In this document: positions 39,999 to 49,584 of the stretch, one piece after another
Layout: each line of letters opens with the position of its first letter
Numbering within the stretch: the stretch's first letter is position 1
Assembly: GCA_034670305.1 (NCBI GenBank)
Contig: JAXMNT010000019.1
Span: 32,001-96,000 of the forward strand
Source of the DNA: Deltaproteobacteria bacterium
GTDB lineage: Bacteria > Myxococcota_A > Polyangia > Polyangiales > Houyiibacteriaceae
Direction of reading: 5' to 3'
Length of the DNA stretch: 64,000 nucleotides
The notes under the pieces: model-generated
Seen by the model: the letters and a program-made list of their open reading frames with translations, nothing else
Told to the model about the DNA's origin: nothing
Database searches by the model: none
Made by a program: the position numbers and the translations under genes

Positions 39999-40160
39999 CG
40001 AAGCCGATGCCGATGCCGATGCCGATGCCGATGCCGACGCCGATGCCGATGCCGATGCCGACGCCGACGCCGATGCCGAAGCCGAAGCCGAAGCCGATCC
40101 AGAAGCCGACGCCAATCCCGAAACCAGCCGATGCCGAGGTCCGAAGCCGAAACCGACGCC
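39999..40160. repeat. Hexamer array (GCCGAT/GCCGAC/GCCGAA)n, reverse orientation of the TCGGCN family
   Basis: Directly visible. Confidence 0.93.
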
Positions 40161-40234
40161 GGATCTTCCGACGGGCGGGCGATGACTCACAGGGATGGTT
40201 GACCCCGGTGGTGGGTCCGTGGTCGAAACCGGCC

Positions 40235-40999
40235 ATGAACATCGAAGGCGCGGTCGCGCTGGTGACGGGTGGAGCCTCGGGGCTCGGAGAAGCAACGGTT
40301 CGACGGTTTGTCGGCGCGGGCGGCAAGGCGGTCATCCTCGACATGAACGCCGAACGCGGGGAAGCGATCGCGAAGGAGCTCGGCGACGCGGTCGTGTTCC
40401 AGAAGACCGACGTGACCGACGAAGCCCAGGTGCTCGCGGCCATCGACGCCGCTTCCAAACTCGGCACGCTCCGGGTGGCGGTGAACTGCGCTGGCGTCGG
40501 CTGGGCCGCGCGGACGATCAAACGAGATGGCACCCCGCACGACTACGACCTCTTCAAGAAGGTCATCGCGGTCAACCTCGTCGGCTCCTTCAACGTCATT
40601 CGACTCGCCGCCGGCGCGATGAGCCAGAACGACGCCATCGACGGGGAGCGCGGTGTGCTCATCAGCACGGCATCGATCGCCGCCTTCGACGGACAGATCG
40701 GCCAGGCCGCCTACGCCGCGTCCAAGGGTGGCGTCGTCGGCATGACGCTCCCCATCGCCCGCGACCTCTCCAAGAGCGGCATCCGCGTCATGGTGATCGC
40801 GCCCGGTACCTTCGACACCCCCATGCTCGCCGGCCTGCCCGAAGAGGTCCGCGAGAAGCTGGCCGCGGGCATCCCGAACCCGGCACGCCTCGGCAACCCT
40901 GACGAGTTCGCCGCCCTCGCCTGTCACATCGTCGAGAACGCGTACCTGAACGCGACGGTCATCCGACTCGACGGCGCGCTCCGCATGCCGCCCAAGTAG
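40235..40999 (+). CDS. SDR 3-hydroxyacyl-CoA dehydrogenase type II (HSD17B10-like)
   Basis: [37 protein letters not shown]. Confidence 0.93.
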   Translation: MNIEGAVALVTGGASGLGEATVRRFVGAGGKAVILDMNAERGEAIAKELGDAVVFQKTDVTDEAQVLAAIDAASKLGTLRVAVNCAGVGWAARTIKRDGTPHDYDLFKKVIAVNLVGSFNVIRLAAGAMSQNDAIDGERGVLISTASIAAFDGQIGQAAYAASKGGVVGMTLPIARDLSKSGIRVMVIAPGTFDTPMLAGLPEEVREKLAAGIPNPARLGNPDEFAALACHIVENAYLNATVIRLDGALRMPPK

Positions 41000-41160
41000 T
41001 GCCCCCCGACCCACGTCGGGTCGGCCTCTGCGCCACCTGCCGCTTCGTGAAGAAGGTGGAGTCCGCCAAAGGCTCCACGTTCTACCGCTGCACCGAGCCC
41101 TCGCTCCCGAAGTACCCCAACCTCCCCGTCGTCGTCTGCCCCGGTTACCTGCGGGGGTGA
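40999..41160 (+). CDS. 53-aa four-cysteine small protein (putative metal binding)
   Basis: GTG shares one base with the SDR TAG; MPPDPRRVGLCATCRFVKKVESAKGSTFYRCTEPSLPKYPNLPVVVCPGYLRG; strong GC3 bias; too short for the ORF track. Confidence 0.75.
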   Translation: MPPDPRRVGLCATCRFVKKVESAKGSTFYRCTEPSLPKYPNLPVVVCPGYLRG

Positions 41161-41190
41161 AGCGGGGGTGAAGCGGGGGCGGGCGTCCGA

Positions 41191-41582
41191 GGCAGCGGCA
41201 GCATCAGCGGCAGCGGCAGCGGCAGCGGCAGCGGCAGCGGCAGCGGCAGCATCAGCGGCAGCGGCAGCGGCAGCTACAGCTACAGCGGCTTCGGGCTCGG
41301 GCTCGGCGCCGGCTTCGGCTTCGGGCTCGGCGTCGGCGTCGGCTTCGGCCTCGGCTTCGGCTTCGGCGTCGGGCTCGGCATCGGCTTCGGCTTCGGCTTC
41401 GGCGTCGGCTTCGGCTTCGGCGTCGGCGTCGGCGTCAGCTTCGGCGTCGGCGTCGGCCTCGGCTTCGGCGTCGGCCTCGGCTTAATCGCAACCGGCTTCG
41501 GACCACGGCACGCGCCTCATGCTCTCCTTCGGTTTCGAACGAACCGAGGGCACGGGCACGGGCAAGGGCACGGGCAAGGGAC
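41191..41582. repeat. Composite hexamer array (GCAGCG)n-(TCGGCT/TCGGCG)n-spacer-(GGGCAM)n
   Basis: Directly visible between convergent genes. Confidence 0.95.
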
Positions 41583-41598
41583 AGCCGCCCTTGCTTCG

Positions 41599-42891
41599 CT
41601 ACGGGCGGCTGTAGCTGTTGTGGGTGTGGTGGTGGTGAAAGGGCCAGCCGCCGTCGGCGCCGTACCCGAGGATGCGCGCGCGGCGGAGCTCGTCGGCGGT
41701 GATGGCACCGTCGGCGCGCAGGGCACTCAGTTCGCGTTCGAAGTCGTCGGCCAAGGTCTCGTCGATGCCGAACACGCGCACGAGTGGTGTCGAGGCGAGC
41801 TTCGCGAACCAGTAAGCCTGCCGCTCCCAGTCGATGATGTTCTCTTCGGTGGTGCAGAAGTAGCCGTCGTTGTGCACGCCCGCGACACCGTTGTTGTTGT
41901 TGTCGCTGCCGTCGCCGCAGATGATCTGCGGGTTGTTGCTGCCGTCGGTCTGGTAGTAGGCGATGTCGAGGTCGTCGCCGCGGTGGGTCGACTCCGGGTG
42001 CCGCGGGGATCCGCTGTCGACACCAGGCGTCAGGCCGTTCGACTGGCTGAGATCCGCGAGGCCGATCGGCTGGGTGCCCGGGTATCGGAGCAGGACTTCG
42101 CACGCGGCGTACTGGACCAGCATCGTGAGGTCGCGCCGGAGGTACGAGTACGCGCGCGTGCTGCCGATGTAGTAGCCGGCCGTCTGCGCTTCGGTGCTCA
42201 GCGGATCTTGCGAGCCAGGCATCGCGATGATGTCCGTGCAGTCGGAGCCGACGCACTCCCAAGTCGGGCAACCGCTGGGCAACAGACACACGCCTTCGGT
42301 GCAGGTGCTGCCTTCCGGACAGGGCCCGGTCGGGGTCTCTGCGCTGCAGCGCGCGGTGCAGGCACCGTCGACGCACGCTTCGGCCCCTTCGCACACCCCG
42401 TCCGGGTTCTCGGGCGAACACACGCCGGCACCGCAGTACGAACCACACCCTGGATCACAGGACGTGTCCGCGGTCGCGACGCACGAACCATCGCCATCGC
42501 ACATGCCCGCGCAGGTGAACGCATCGCAGTCGGGCCAACAGATGGACCCTTCGGACTCCGACAGCCCCCAGCAGCGCGAGCCAGCGCCGCACTCGAGGCT
42601 CGAACCCGCTTCGCTGCACTCCGCCGATGCGCGGTTCATGCAGATGCCGAACACGCAGATGCCAGGGTTCGCCTCGGTGCCTTCGCAGTTGCTATCGCAC
42701 GTGCAGAGCGACCCGGGCGGCACCACCTCGGTGGGGCCGGCGTCGTTGCCCGCATCGTCGACCGAGAGCGCGTCCGTGGCGCCCGCATCGCTCGAGCCCG
42801 CGTCGGTCCCGACCATGGCGTCGTCGTCCCCGCAACCCCAGAGCGCGAGCCCGCACACCAACACACACCGCATCCACGTCGTTCGAATCAT
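41599..42891 (-). CDS. Cys-rich lipoprotein with C-terminal MepA-like (LAS-type) murein endopeptidase domain
   Basis: LWGCGDDD; Cys-rich modules; IGLADLS...HPESTHRGDDLD...HHHHTH. Confidence 0.7.
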   Translation of the reverse strand: MIRTTWMRCVLVCGLALWGCGDDDAMVGTDAGSSDAGATDALSVDDAGNDAGPTEVVPPGSLCTCDSNCEGTEANPGICVFGICMNRASAECSEAGSSLECGAGSRCWGLSESEGSICWPDCDAFTCAGMCDGDGSCVATADTSCDPGCGSYCGAGVCSPENPDGVCEGAEACVDGACTARCSAETPTGPCPEGSTCTEGVCLLPSGCPTWECVGSDCTDIIAMPGSQDPLSTEAQTAGYYIGSTRAYSYLRRDLTMLVQYAACEVLLRYPGTQPIGLADLSQSNGLTPGVDSGSPRHPESTHRGDDLDIAYYQTDGSNNPQIICGDGSDNNNNGVAGVHNDGYFCTTEENIIDWERQAYWFAKLASTPLVRVFGIDETLADDFERELSALRADGAITADELRRARILGYGADGGWPFHHHHTHNSYSRP

Positions 42892-43035
42892 CGCGTTCAC
42901 TTTTCGACGGCTGCGTCCCCCGCGCCGTCCCCTCCGGCCCGGTGGATGGCACCCGCCCGTGTCGGCCGCAACCGGTCGAACTGTGCACAGTCGGGACGGT
43001 TGGCGGAGCTCGGGCCTGCGTGACAGGGTTTGGGC

Positions 43036-43560
43036 ATGGCCGTCACCGACACGATCGCTCGCTTCGCCCCCAACTTCTCCATCGAGTCCGGCGACAGGAA
43101 CTTCGTCAAAGACGCCTGGGATCGACTCCACAAGGTTCCTGGTGGCAAGGCTGTCTTCTCGAAGTTGATCGGGCGGGTCGCCCCCTACACCGGCACCGTC
43201 GGTGCGAAAGTGGAGTCGCTCTCGATGGGTCGGGCCGAGGTCCGAATGAAGGACCGCCCCCACGTGCGGAACCACCTCAAGTGCGTACACGCGGTCGCGC
43301 TGGTCAACCTGGCGGAGCTCACCGGCAACGTCGCGCTCGCCTACTCCATGCCGAGCGACGCCCGATTCATCGTCGCAGGGCTGAGCATCGACTACCTGAA
43401 GAAGGCACGCGGCACCCTCAGGGGCATCTGCGAGTGCCCGGTGGTGACCTCGAACCAGAAACACGAGTACCAGGTCCCGGTGTCGATTCAGAACGCAGCG
43501 GGCGAAGAGGTCGCGCGCGTCACGCTGCGCACGCTGGTCGGTCCGAAGAAGAAGCACTGA
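43036..43560 (+). CDS. Hotdog-fold thioesterase (PaaI/DUF4442-like)
   Basis: APYTGT, NHLKCVHAVALVNLAE, IDYLKKARG. Confidence 0.85.
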   Translation: MAVTDTIARFAPNFSIESGDRNFVKDAWDRLHKVPGGKAVFSKLIGRVAPYTGTVGAKVESLSMGRAEVRMKDRPHVRNHLKCVHAVALVNLAELTGNVALAYSMPSDARFIVAGLSIDYLKKARGTLRGICECPVVTSNQKHEYQVPVSIQNAAGEEVARVTLRTLVGPKKKH

Positions 43561-43563
43561 CGC

Positions 43564-44634
43564 GTGGCCAGTGCTGTCGAAGCCAGTGCTGTCGAAGCCA
43601 GTGCTGTCGAACCCGGTGCGATCGAACCCAGTGCGATCGAACCCTTCGTTCGAATGGCCCTGGGGTGCACCGAGCAGGCCTACCCCAACCAGATCGCGCA
43701 CCGACTCGACTCGGACGCGGACGCCCGGCTGCCCCGCGAGCTGACCCCCGTGTTCTACGGCTGCTACGACTGGCACTCGGCGGTCCACGGCCATTGGTTG
43801 ATCGCGCGCGCCGCGCGCGTCCTTCCTGGCTCCCCGATCAGCGCGCCGTGCCGTGCACAGCTCGAACGAAGTCTCACGGTCTCTGGGCTCGAGGCCGAAC
43901 ACGCGTACCTCTCCGCCCACCCGGGGTTCGAGCGTCCTTACGGGCTCGCTTGGCTGCTCACGTTGCATCTCGAGTTGCACGAGTGGGCGCACGACGACCC
44001 CCAGGCCGCATCCTGGAGTGCCCGGCTCGCCCCACTGGCCGGGCTCGCCGCAGAGCGGTTCGACGCGTGGTTGCCGAAGCTGCTCGGCCCGACGCGGAGC
44101 GGGACCCACGCGCAGACCGCGTTTTCGCTCGGGCTCGCGATCGACTGGGCGGCGCGGCTCGACTCGGACCGAGCCACGGCCTGGAAAGCGCAGGCGGTGC
44201 GTCTGCATGGGGGCGACCGCGACCTGCCTGCGCACCTCGAACCCGCCGGGGAAGACTTCCTCTCGGGAAGCCTCGGAGCCGCCGACCTGATGCGCCGGGT
44301 GCTGAGCGCCGATGACTTCGCCGCGTGGCTCGAGCGTGCGCTCCCCGACTTCGGGTCAATCCCCTGGCGCCCGGTGAAGGTCTCCGACGCGGCGGACGGT
44401 CGGCTGGCCCACCTCGATGGACTCAACCTCTCGCGTGCATTCCAGCTCGCTGGCATCGCCGCGGCGCTCCCGGCCGGACCCACGCGCGAGGCCGCGCTCT
44501 CCGCGTCGAACGACCACCGCGAGTTCGGGATCTCCGAGACGTTGGCGAACGCGAAGACCCACTACGCCGGGTCCCACTGGCTGGGAAGTTTCGCGATGTA
44601 CCTGCTGACCGAACGCGGCCTGCGCCCGCACTGA
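43564..44634 (+). CDS. DUF2891 family protein
   Basis: PVFYGCYDWHSAVHGHW, FERPYGLAW, HLDGLNLSRA, YAGSHWLGSFA; starts with 15-bp repeats (ASAVE x3). Confidence 0.9.
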   Translation: MASAVEASAVEASAVEPGAIEPSAIEPFVRMALGCTEQAYPNQIAHRLDSDADARLPRELTPVFYGCYDWHSAVHGHWLIARAARVLPGSPISAPCRAQLERSLTVSGLEAEHAYLSAHPGFERPYGLAWLLTLHLELHEWAHDDPQAASWSARLAPLAGLAAERFDAWLPKLLGPTRSGTHAQTAFSLGLAIDWAARLDSDRATAWKAQAVRLHGGDRDLPAHLEPAGEDFLSGSLGAADLMRRVLSADDFAAWLERALPDFGSIPWRPVKVSDAADGRLAHLDGLNLSRAFQLAGIAAALPAGPTREAALSASNDHREFGISETLANAKTHYAGSHWLGSFAMYLLTERGLRPH

Positions 44635-44655
44635 GTCTCGCGCACGCCGGCAGCG

Positions 44656-47600
44656 CTAGGGCACGAAGACTTCGCGCCGGCTCGCACCGGCGACCACCTG
44701 CACCGGAGTGAGCCTCATCGGCGTGGTCTCGTTCGCGAGCCACTGGGTGGCCTGGTCGGAGAACCGGTCGCTCTCGGGATCCCCACTCTGCCCGCCCGGC
44801 AGGATGTTGCGGCCCGTCGTCTCGTCGCCGCGCAGCGCCACGACCATCCGGAACACCGGGATCGATCCGAACCGGAACCGCGTGCCGCCGAAGCCACTGT
44901 TCGCGGCATCGAGCACGAAGTTGTCCCCGCCGCGGGGGAAACCGTCCAAGGGGAAGCGCGGGTCACCTTCGGTCAGATCCGGCGCGAGGGGAAGCGTCTC
45001 GGTGGTGATGGAGAAGCTGTCGGCGATGAACCCGAACGCGTCGTCGCCCTCGAGGAAGTCGGCGATGAGCGCATCGAACCGGGTCGTGTGCCGCAGACCC
45101 CAGCGCCAAGCGTCCATGTCCATGGAACCGAAGCCGCCGTCGGCGCCGTCCGGATCGGAAGCGAGGAACGCGAGCGCGTCGCCAAGTGCCAGGAGCGCGT
45201 CTTCGGTCGCAGTCTCCACCGGCGCGGTCTCCCGCACGTCGAAGAACGCGGACTCACCGGTGGCCGCGAGGAACGACGCGAGGTCGAGCGGGTTGGCGGC
45301 GCCGCGGCCTTCGATGAGTCGGGTCAGGATGCGCATGCGGCCGCCGCTGCCGGTCGGTGTGAAGGTGTTGGACGGGAACGCTTCGTCCCCGAACACACGC
45401 GCCTCGAAGGGTCCGAGCCAGGCGTTGAAGAGGGTCGTCGCGACCGAGTCGTTCGCGGCATCCGCGTCCGGGGCCGCGGCGTAGAACGTCTCGACGCCGC
45501 TGGCCGCCACGAAGCCCCGGTCCCGCCACCCCTCGAGCCGCGTCTCCACTTCGTCGAAGCGCGCGCTCGACGCGGTGTAGAGCGCAGCCAACCGGGCTTC
45601 GACCGAATCGGCCGGAGGGTCGCCCGCGGCGGCGGTGCGGCCGGCGTCGATGGCTTCGAGCACGAGCGGCACCATCAGTTCGCCGAGCGGTGACTTGATG
45701 TCCGCCTGCAGCGCCGCCATCGCGTCTTCGTCGATCGTGCCAGCCATCGCGCGCAAGCGCTCGTCGATGCGGTGCGCGCGGAAGTCCTCGTGCCACGGAC
45801 CGCCGATGTACCAGGGGTCGTTCTGCAAATCGTTGTCGAGCGTCATGTCGCCTGGGTCGTTGTTCGCGCTCACGACGAACCCGCGCGTGGGATCGATCGC
45901 CGCCGGGTACTCGTCCGCCGGCACGACGCAGGTGCTGTCGGTGGTGCCCATGGATTCGTCGACCCGGCCTTCGGGTGTCAGCGGCAACGTGAAGCCGCCG
46001 AAGCGGGTGCCGTCGATCAAGAAGTTCGGATGCGCGCCTTCCGACCACCGGCCGTCCAAGTCGCGGGGAAGGTGCGCGCGGCATGGCATCACCTGGTAGG
46101 GCAGGTAGAGCACGCTGCCGGTCGAGTCCGCCGCGACGACGTTCTGCGAGTACGCGACCAACGCGCCGGCGGACGCGCGCATCTCTTCGACGGTCTCGGC
46201 GTGGCCCCAGTCGTCGAGCGTGAGCGCGAAGTTCGGTCCGTCGAGCGCGGTGTAGTCGAAACTGATCGCGCGGATGACGCCGTCGTCGTCCTCGTCTTCG
46301 GGGATCACCCAGTCGCCGAGCAGGTTCACCGCGGTCTCTCCGGGACCCGCGTCGGCCGGACCGTCGACCGTGCGCCCTTCGATGCTGGTGATCAGCCGAC
46401 CGTCGTAGGTGACGTAGCGGGTGATGATCTCGGTGCGGCCCACGCTTCCGAGCGCCGGCCGATCGGCGATCTCGAACACCTCTTCCACCGCGACCAGCGC
46501 GCGCGACTCGGCGCCGAACCGCGTGGACACCGGCGCACCCTCGGCATCGAGCTCCAGCTCGTCCGCGTACCAGTCGGTGATGTCTCCGAAGAACTGCGTC
46601 TGGTTCCAAGCGACCCGTCCATTGGTACCCACCGCGAGCATCGGGATGCCTGGGAACACCAGCCCAACCTGTTGCGTGTCGCCGCCACCGAGCAGTTTCG
46701 TGTCGAGCCCCATCCGATAGAAGAGCGTCGGCACGCTGCCCGGCAGGTGCCCATCCGCCGCGAGGATCGCGGCGCCGTCGCGCGTCTGGTCGCCGGACAC
46801 CGCCCACGCGTTGGAGCCGAAGCCTTCGTCATGGGTTCGGCCGAGCCGGAGTTGCTGGCGGTCGGTGTGGGCGATGAGCCGATCGAGCGCCGAACCCATC
46901 GCGGGTCGGAAGCGGAGATCGACCCGGCTCGGTCGCATGGAGATCAGGGCGAGGTCGTCGCCGGTCGCGAGCCCCCAACCACCCGCCGACGTGTAGCCGC
47001 GGCTGTTGGTGACGCGAAAGAACGCGTCGAACAAACCCGCGCTGCGTTCTGCCTCCAGCGGCGCACCCTCGAAATGGGTCTCGAGCGCCGCGAGACCACG
47101 CGCCCGGCCGAGGTCGGTGGTCTCGTAGCCCAGCGAGTACGCGATGGTCACGGCGATCGCTGCGACGTCACGCACCGCGAAGTCCTCCATCAACTCGTGC
47201 GGCTGCACGGTGAAGAGCGGGGCGGCCAACGCGTACTCGCGGGGCCCGAACACTTCCCGCCGGCGCACCGCGGCGATGTACGCGTTCACGCCCTCGGCGA
47301 AGCTCTGGTAGAGCGCGCGCTGCTGGTCTGTGAGGCGCGCCATCATGCCGTCGAGCACCACGGTCGTGCCGGTGCCGCGCTGTTCGAGGTCCACGCCGAG
47401 CGCGTCTTGACCGAGCAGCGCGCTGATCGTGCCCTGCGAGAGCCGGCGCGCCATGTCCATCTCGAAGAACCGATCCCGCGCGACCACGAATCCCGACACC
47501 CGCGCCAGGTCCTCGCGGTTCTCTGCGTAGACGTGTGGCACGTCCGATTCGGTGAAGACGACGTGCGCCGCGCCACCGAGCCCGGGCAGCGTCCAGCGCC

Positions 47601-47784
47601 TCGACTCTTCCACGTCGCCGATCACCGGCGGCGGTTCGAGAAACGCATCGGTGCCGGCATCCAACGCGGGCGCGTCGGAGCCCGCGTCGCCCACCACGTC
47701 GTCGTCTCCGCACCCAAGCGTGGCGCACGCCGCCCACACGAACAGCCACCCACGCCCGCTCCACAACCGTCCCGGTGTCCCCAT
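44656..47784 (-). CDS. Penicillin acylase family (S45, Ntn hydrolase) lipoprotein
   Basis: LGCGDDD; VPHVYA, ARDRFFEMD, GSNAWAVSG (catalytic Ser), SANN, PGGQSG. Confidence 0.92.
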   Translation of the reverse strand: MGTPGRLWSGRGWLFVWAACATLGCGDDDVVGDAGSDAPALDAGTDAFLEPPPVIGDVEESRRWTLPGLGGAAHVVFTESDVPHVYAENREDLARVSGFVVARDRFFEMDMARRLSQGTISALLGQDALGVDLEQRGTGTTVVLDGMMARLTDQQRALYQSFAEGVNAYIAAVRRREVFGPREYALAAPLFTVQPHELMEDFAVRDVAAIAVTIAYSLGYETTDLGRARGLAALETHFEGAPLEAERSAGLFDAFFRVTNSRGYTSAGGWGLATGDDLALISMRPSRVDLRFRPAMGSALDRLIAHTDRQQLRLGRTHDEGFGSNAWAVSGDQTRDGAAILAADGHLPGSVPTLFYRMGLDTKLLGGGDTQQVGLVFPGIPMLAVGTNGRVAWNQTQFFGDITDWYADELELDAEGAPVSTRFGAESRALVAVEEVFEIADRPALGSVGRTEIITRYVTYDGRLITSIEGRTVDGPADAGPGETAVNLLGDWVIPEDEDDDGVIRAISFDYTALDGPNFALTLDDWGHAETVEEMRASAGALVAYSQNVVAADSTGSVLYLPYQVMPCRAHLPRDLDGRWSEGAHPNFLIDGTRFGGFTLPLTPEGRVDESMGTTDSTCVVPADEYPAAIDPTRGFVVSANNDPGDMTLDNDLQNDPWYIGGPWHEDFRAHRIDERLRAMAGTIDEDAMAALQADIKSPLGELMVPLVLEAIDAGRTAAAGDPPADSVEARLAALYTASSARFDEVETRLEGWRDRGFVAASGVETFYAAAPDADAANDSVATTLFNAWLGPFEARVFGDEAFPSNTFTPTGSGGRMRILTRLIEGRGAANPLDLASFLAATGESAFFDVRETAPVETATEDALLALGDALAFLASDPDGADGGFGSMDMDAWRWGLRHTTRFDALIADFLEGDDAFGFIADSFSITTETLPLAPDLTEGDPRFPLDGFPRGGDNFVLDAANSGFGGTRFRFGSIPVFRMVVALRGDETTGRNILPGGQSGDPESDRFSDQATQWLANETTPMRLTPVQVVAGASRREVFVP

Positions 47785-47986
47785 GCGCCCATCATAGAGA
47801 ACCCGGCCACCGCCGGTCCGCCCCGTCCTTGCAGCTGATGCGTTCAAGATCCGGACGATCTGCCACCCGGGGAACCATCGCGCTTAATCTATGAATCTCC
47901 ATGGGTTGCGGCTCTTGCTGGCGAACGATGCGCCAGTCTGTCCCAGGCTCCGGGTGCGCATGGCTTATACTTTGGGGCCACTGCTC

Positions 47987-48003
47987 TTGGTGCACCGTTT
48001 GCA
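47987..48003 (+). promoter_or_regulatory. Sigma54-like -24/-12 promoter
   Basis: TTGGTGCACCGTTTGCA (GG-N10-GC), 13 nt before ATG 48016. Confidence 0.55.
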
Positions 48004-48015
48004 AAGCCAGAACCC

Positions 48016-49548
48016 ATGACTTCCATCCCGCCCCGCAGCGCCCTTCTCTGCCTCGGTGTCACGCTCGCCCTCACCACCGCGTGCGTGGCCGCGGGCCCCT
48101 CGCCCGAGTTCGAGGAATACGAAGAAGTCGGCCAGCTCGAGTCCCTGCTCACGCCGGCCCAGCGCCGGGCGCGCGCCGCCCAGATCCGAGACGCAGCGTT
48201 CGCAAACGGCATGACCCAGGGCTGGATGTTGGCGGGCATCGCCGACGCCGAGACCTCGATGTCGCACTGTTGGTCGGAGCTCACCTGGGCATGCCAGGGA
48301 CCGAACAGCGCAGACTGCGGTGGTGGTCCCGTGGTCGCGGGTGCAGGCGACGGACCGTGTTCCATCCGCCAGGGCGGACTCGGCATGTTCCAGTTCGACG
48401 CGGGCACCTACGAGCAGACGCTGGCACGCGAAGGCGATCGGATCCTCAGCATCGCGGGCAACGTGGCGGCCGCGGTCGACTTCGTCGTCGCGATGGTCAT
48501 TCGCTCGGTCTACATCAGTGGCGTCGACAACGCAGCGCAGGCGATCGAATGGATGAACGGCGTCCGGGTGGGCAACGGTCGCTGGGACCCGTGGATCCGC
48601 ACCGTCACGCACTACTACAACGGCTGCACGCCGAGCGCCGGCTGCTTCCCCGAACGGTACGGACGCTACAGAGACTTCACGAGCGGCGTGCGCGACGAGA
48701 TGGGCGCGGACTTCTGGAGCGTGGACCAGTGGTCGGCCCAATGGGTCTCGCAGTCCTTCCCGCTCGCAGCGGCACCCTTCGAGCTCGCGCCCGGCGAGAC
48801 CTCGGCCGGCAACATCGTGCTCCGCAACACCGGCACCCAAGCGTGGACCCCTGGCGCCACCTTCCTCGGCACCACCGAGCCGCGCGATGTGGCGAGCCCG
48901 ATCGCTGGACCGGACTGGATCAGCGCCGGCCGGGCCGCGACGGTGGACCGAACCGTGGCACCGGGAGAGAACGGCACCTTCTCGTTCAGCGTGCAGGGCC
49001 CGGCGACGGCGGGCGACTACCCGCAGTTCTTCAACCTCGTGCAAGAGGGCGTGGCCTGGTTCAGCGCGCCCGCGGACGACCAGATGCAGATCCGGGTCAC
49101 CGTGGTGGCCAGCAGCTGTCCGGCGGGCGTCGGCTCGATGTGGACGTGCGACGGCAGCGCACGTCAGCGATGCATCACCGGCTCGGTCGAACGCACCGAG
49201 TGTCCGGGCGAGTGCGCCGACGGCGCGTGCCTCGGCGTGCCGGGCGACGAAGACGGCGACGGACACAACGACAGCGTCGACTGCGACGACACCGACCCGG
49301 ACGTCTACCCCGGCGCGGAAGACCCGTGCGGCGACGGAGTCGACTCCAACTGCGACGGCAACGATCTCTGTCCCGGCGAAGACGGCGGGCCGGGCACCGG
49401 CGACGGCGGCCCGGGCGCAGACGCAGGACCGGGCGGCGACTCGGGTCCGCGAGGCGGCGACATGGTCGTTGGCTGCTCGGCCAACGGTGGCGGCACGGGC
49501 GGCGCGGTCCTCCTCGCGCTCGCCCTGCTCTACCGACGGCGTGACTAG
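48016..49548 (+). CDS. Exported protein: lysozyme/SLT-like domain + NBR1-Ig-like domain + MopE-like metal motif + MYXO-CTERM-type anchor
   Basis: GIADAET, GLGMFQ, HYYNG; LRNTGTQAW...VAPGE; DCDDTDPDVYPGAEDPCGDGVDSNCDG; GCS...LLALALLYRRRD. Confidence 0.7.
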   Translation: MTSIPPRSALLCLGVTLALTTACVAAGPSPEFEEYEEVGQLESLLTPAQRRARAAQIRDAAFANGMTQGWMLAGIADAETSMSHCWSELTWACQGPNSADCGGGPVVAGAGDGPCSIRQGGLGMFQFDAGTYEQTLAREGDRILSIAGNVAAAVDFVVAMVIRSVYISGVDNAAQAIEWMNGVRVGNGRWDPWIRTVTHYYNGCTPSAGCFPERYGRYRDFTSGVRDEMGADFWSVDQWSAQWVSQSFPLAAAPFELAPGETSAGNIVLRNTGTQAWTPGATFLGTTEPRDVASPIAGPDWISAGRAATVDRTVAPGENGTFSFSVQGPATAGDYPQFFNLVQEGVAWFSAPADDQMQIRVTVVASSCPAGVGSMWTCDGSARQRCITGSVERTECPGECADGACLGVPGDEDGDGHNDSVDCDDTDPDVYPGAEDPCGDGVDSNCDGNDLCPGEDGGPGTGDGGPGADAGPGGDSGPRGGDMVVGCSANGGGTGGAVLLALALLYRRRD

Positions 49549-49584
49549 GCCCCTCCGGCCTCCTCCCCAACTTCGAGCCTCCTG

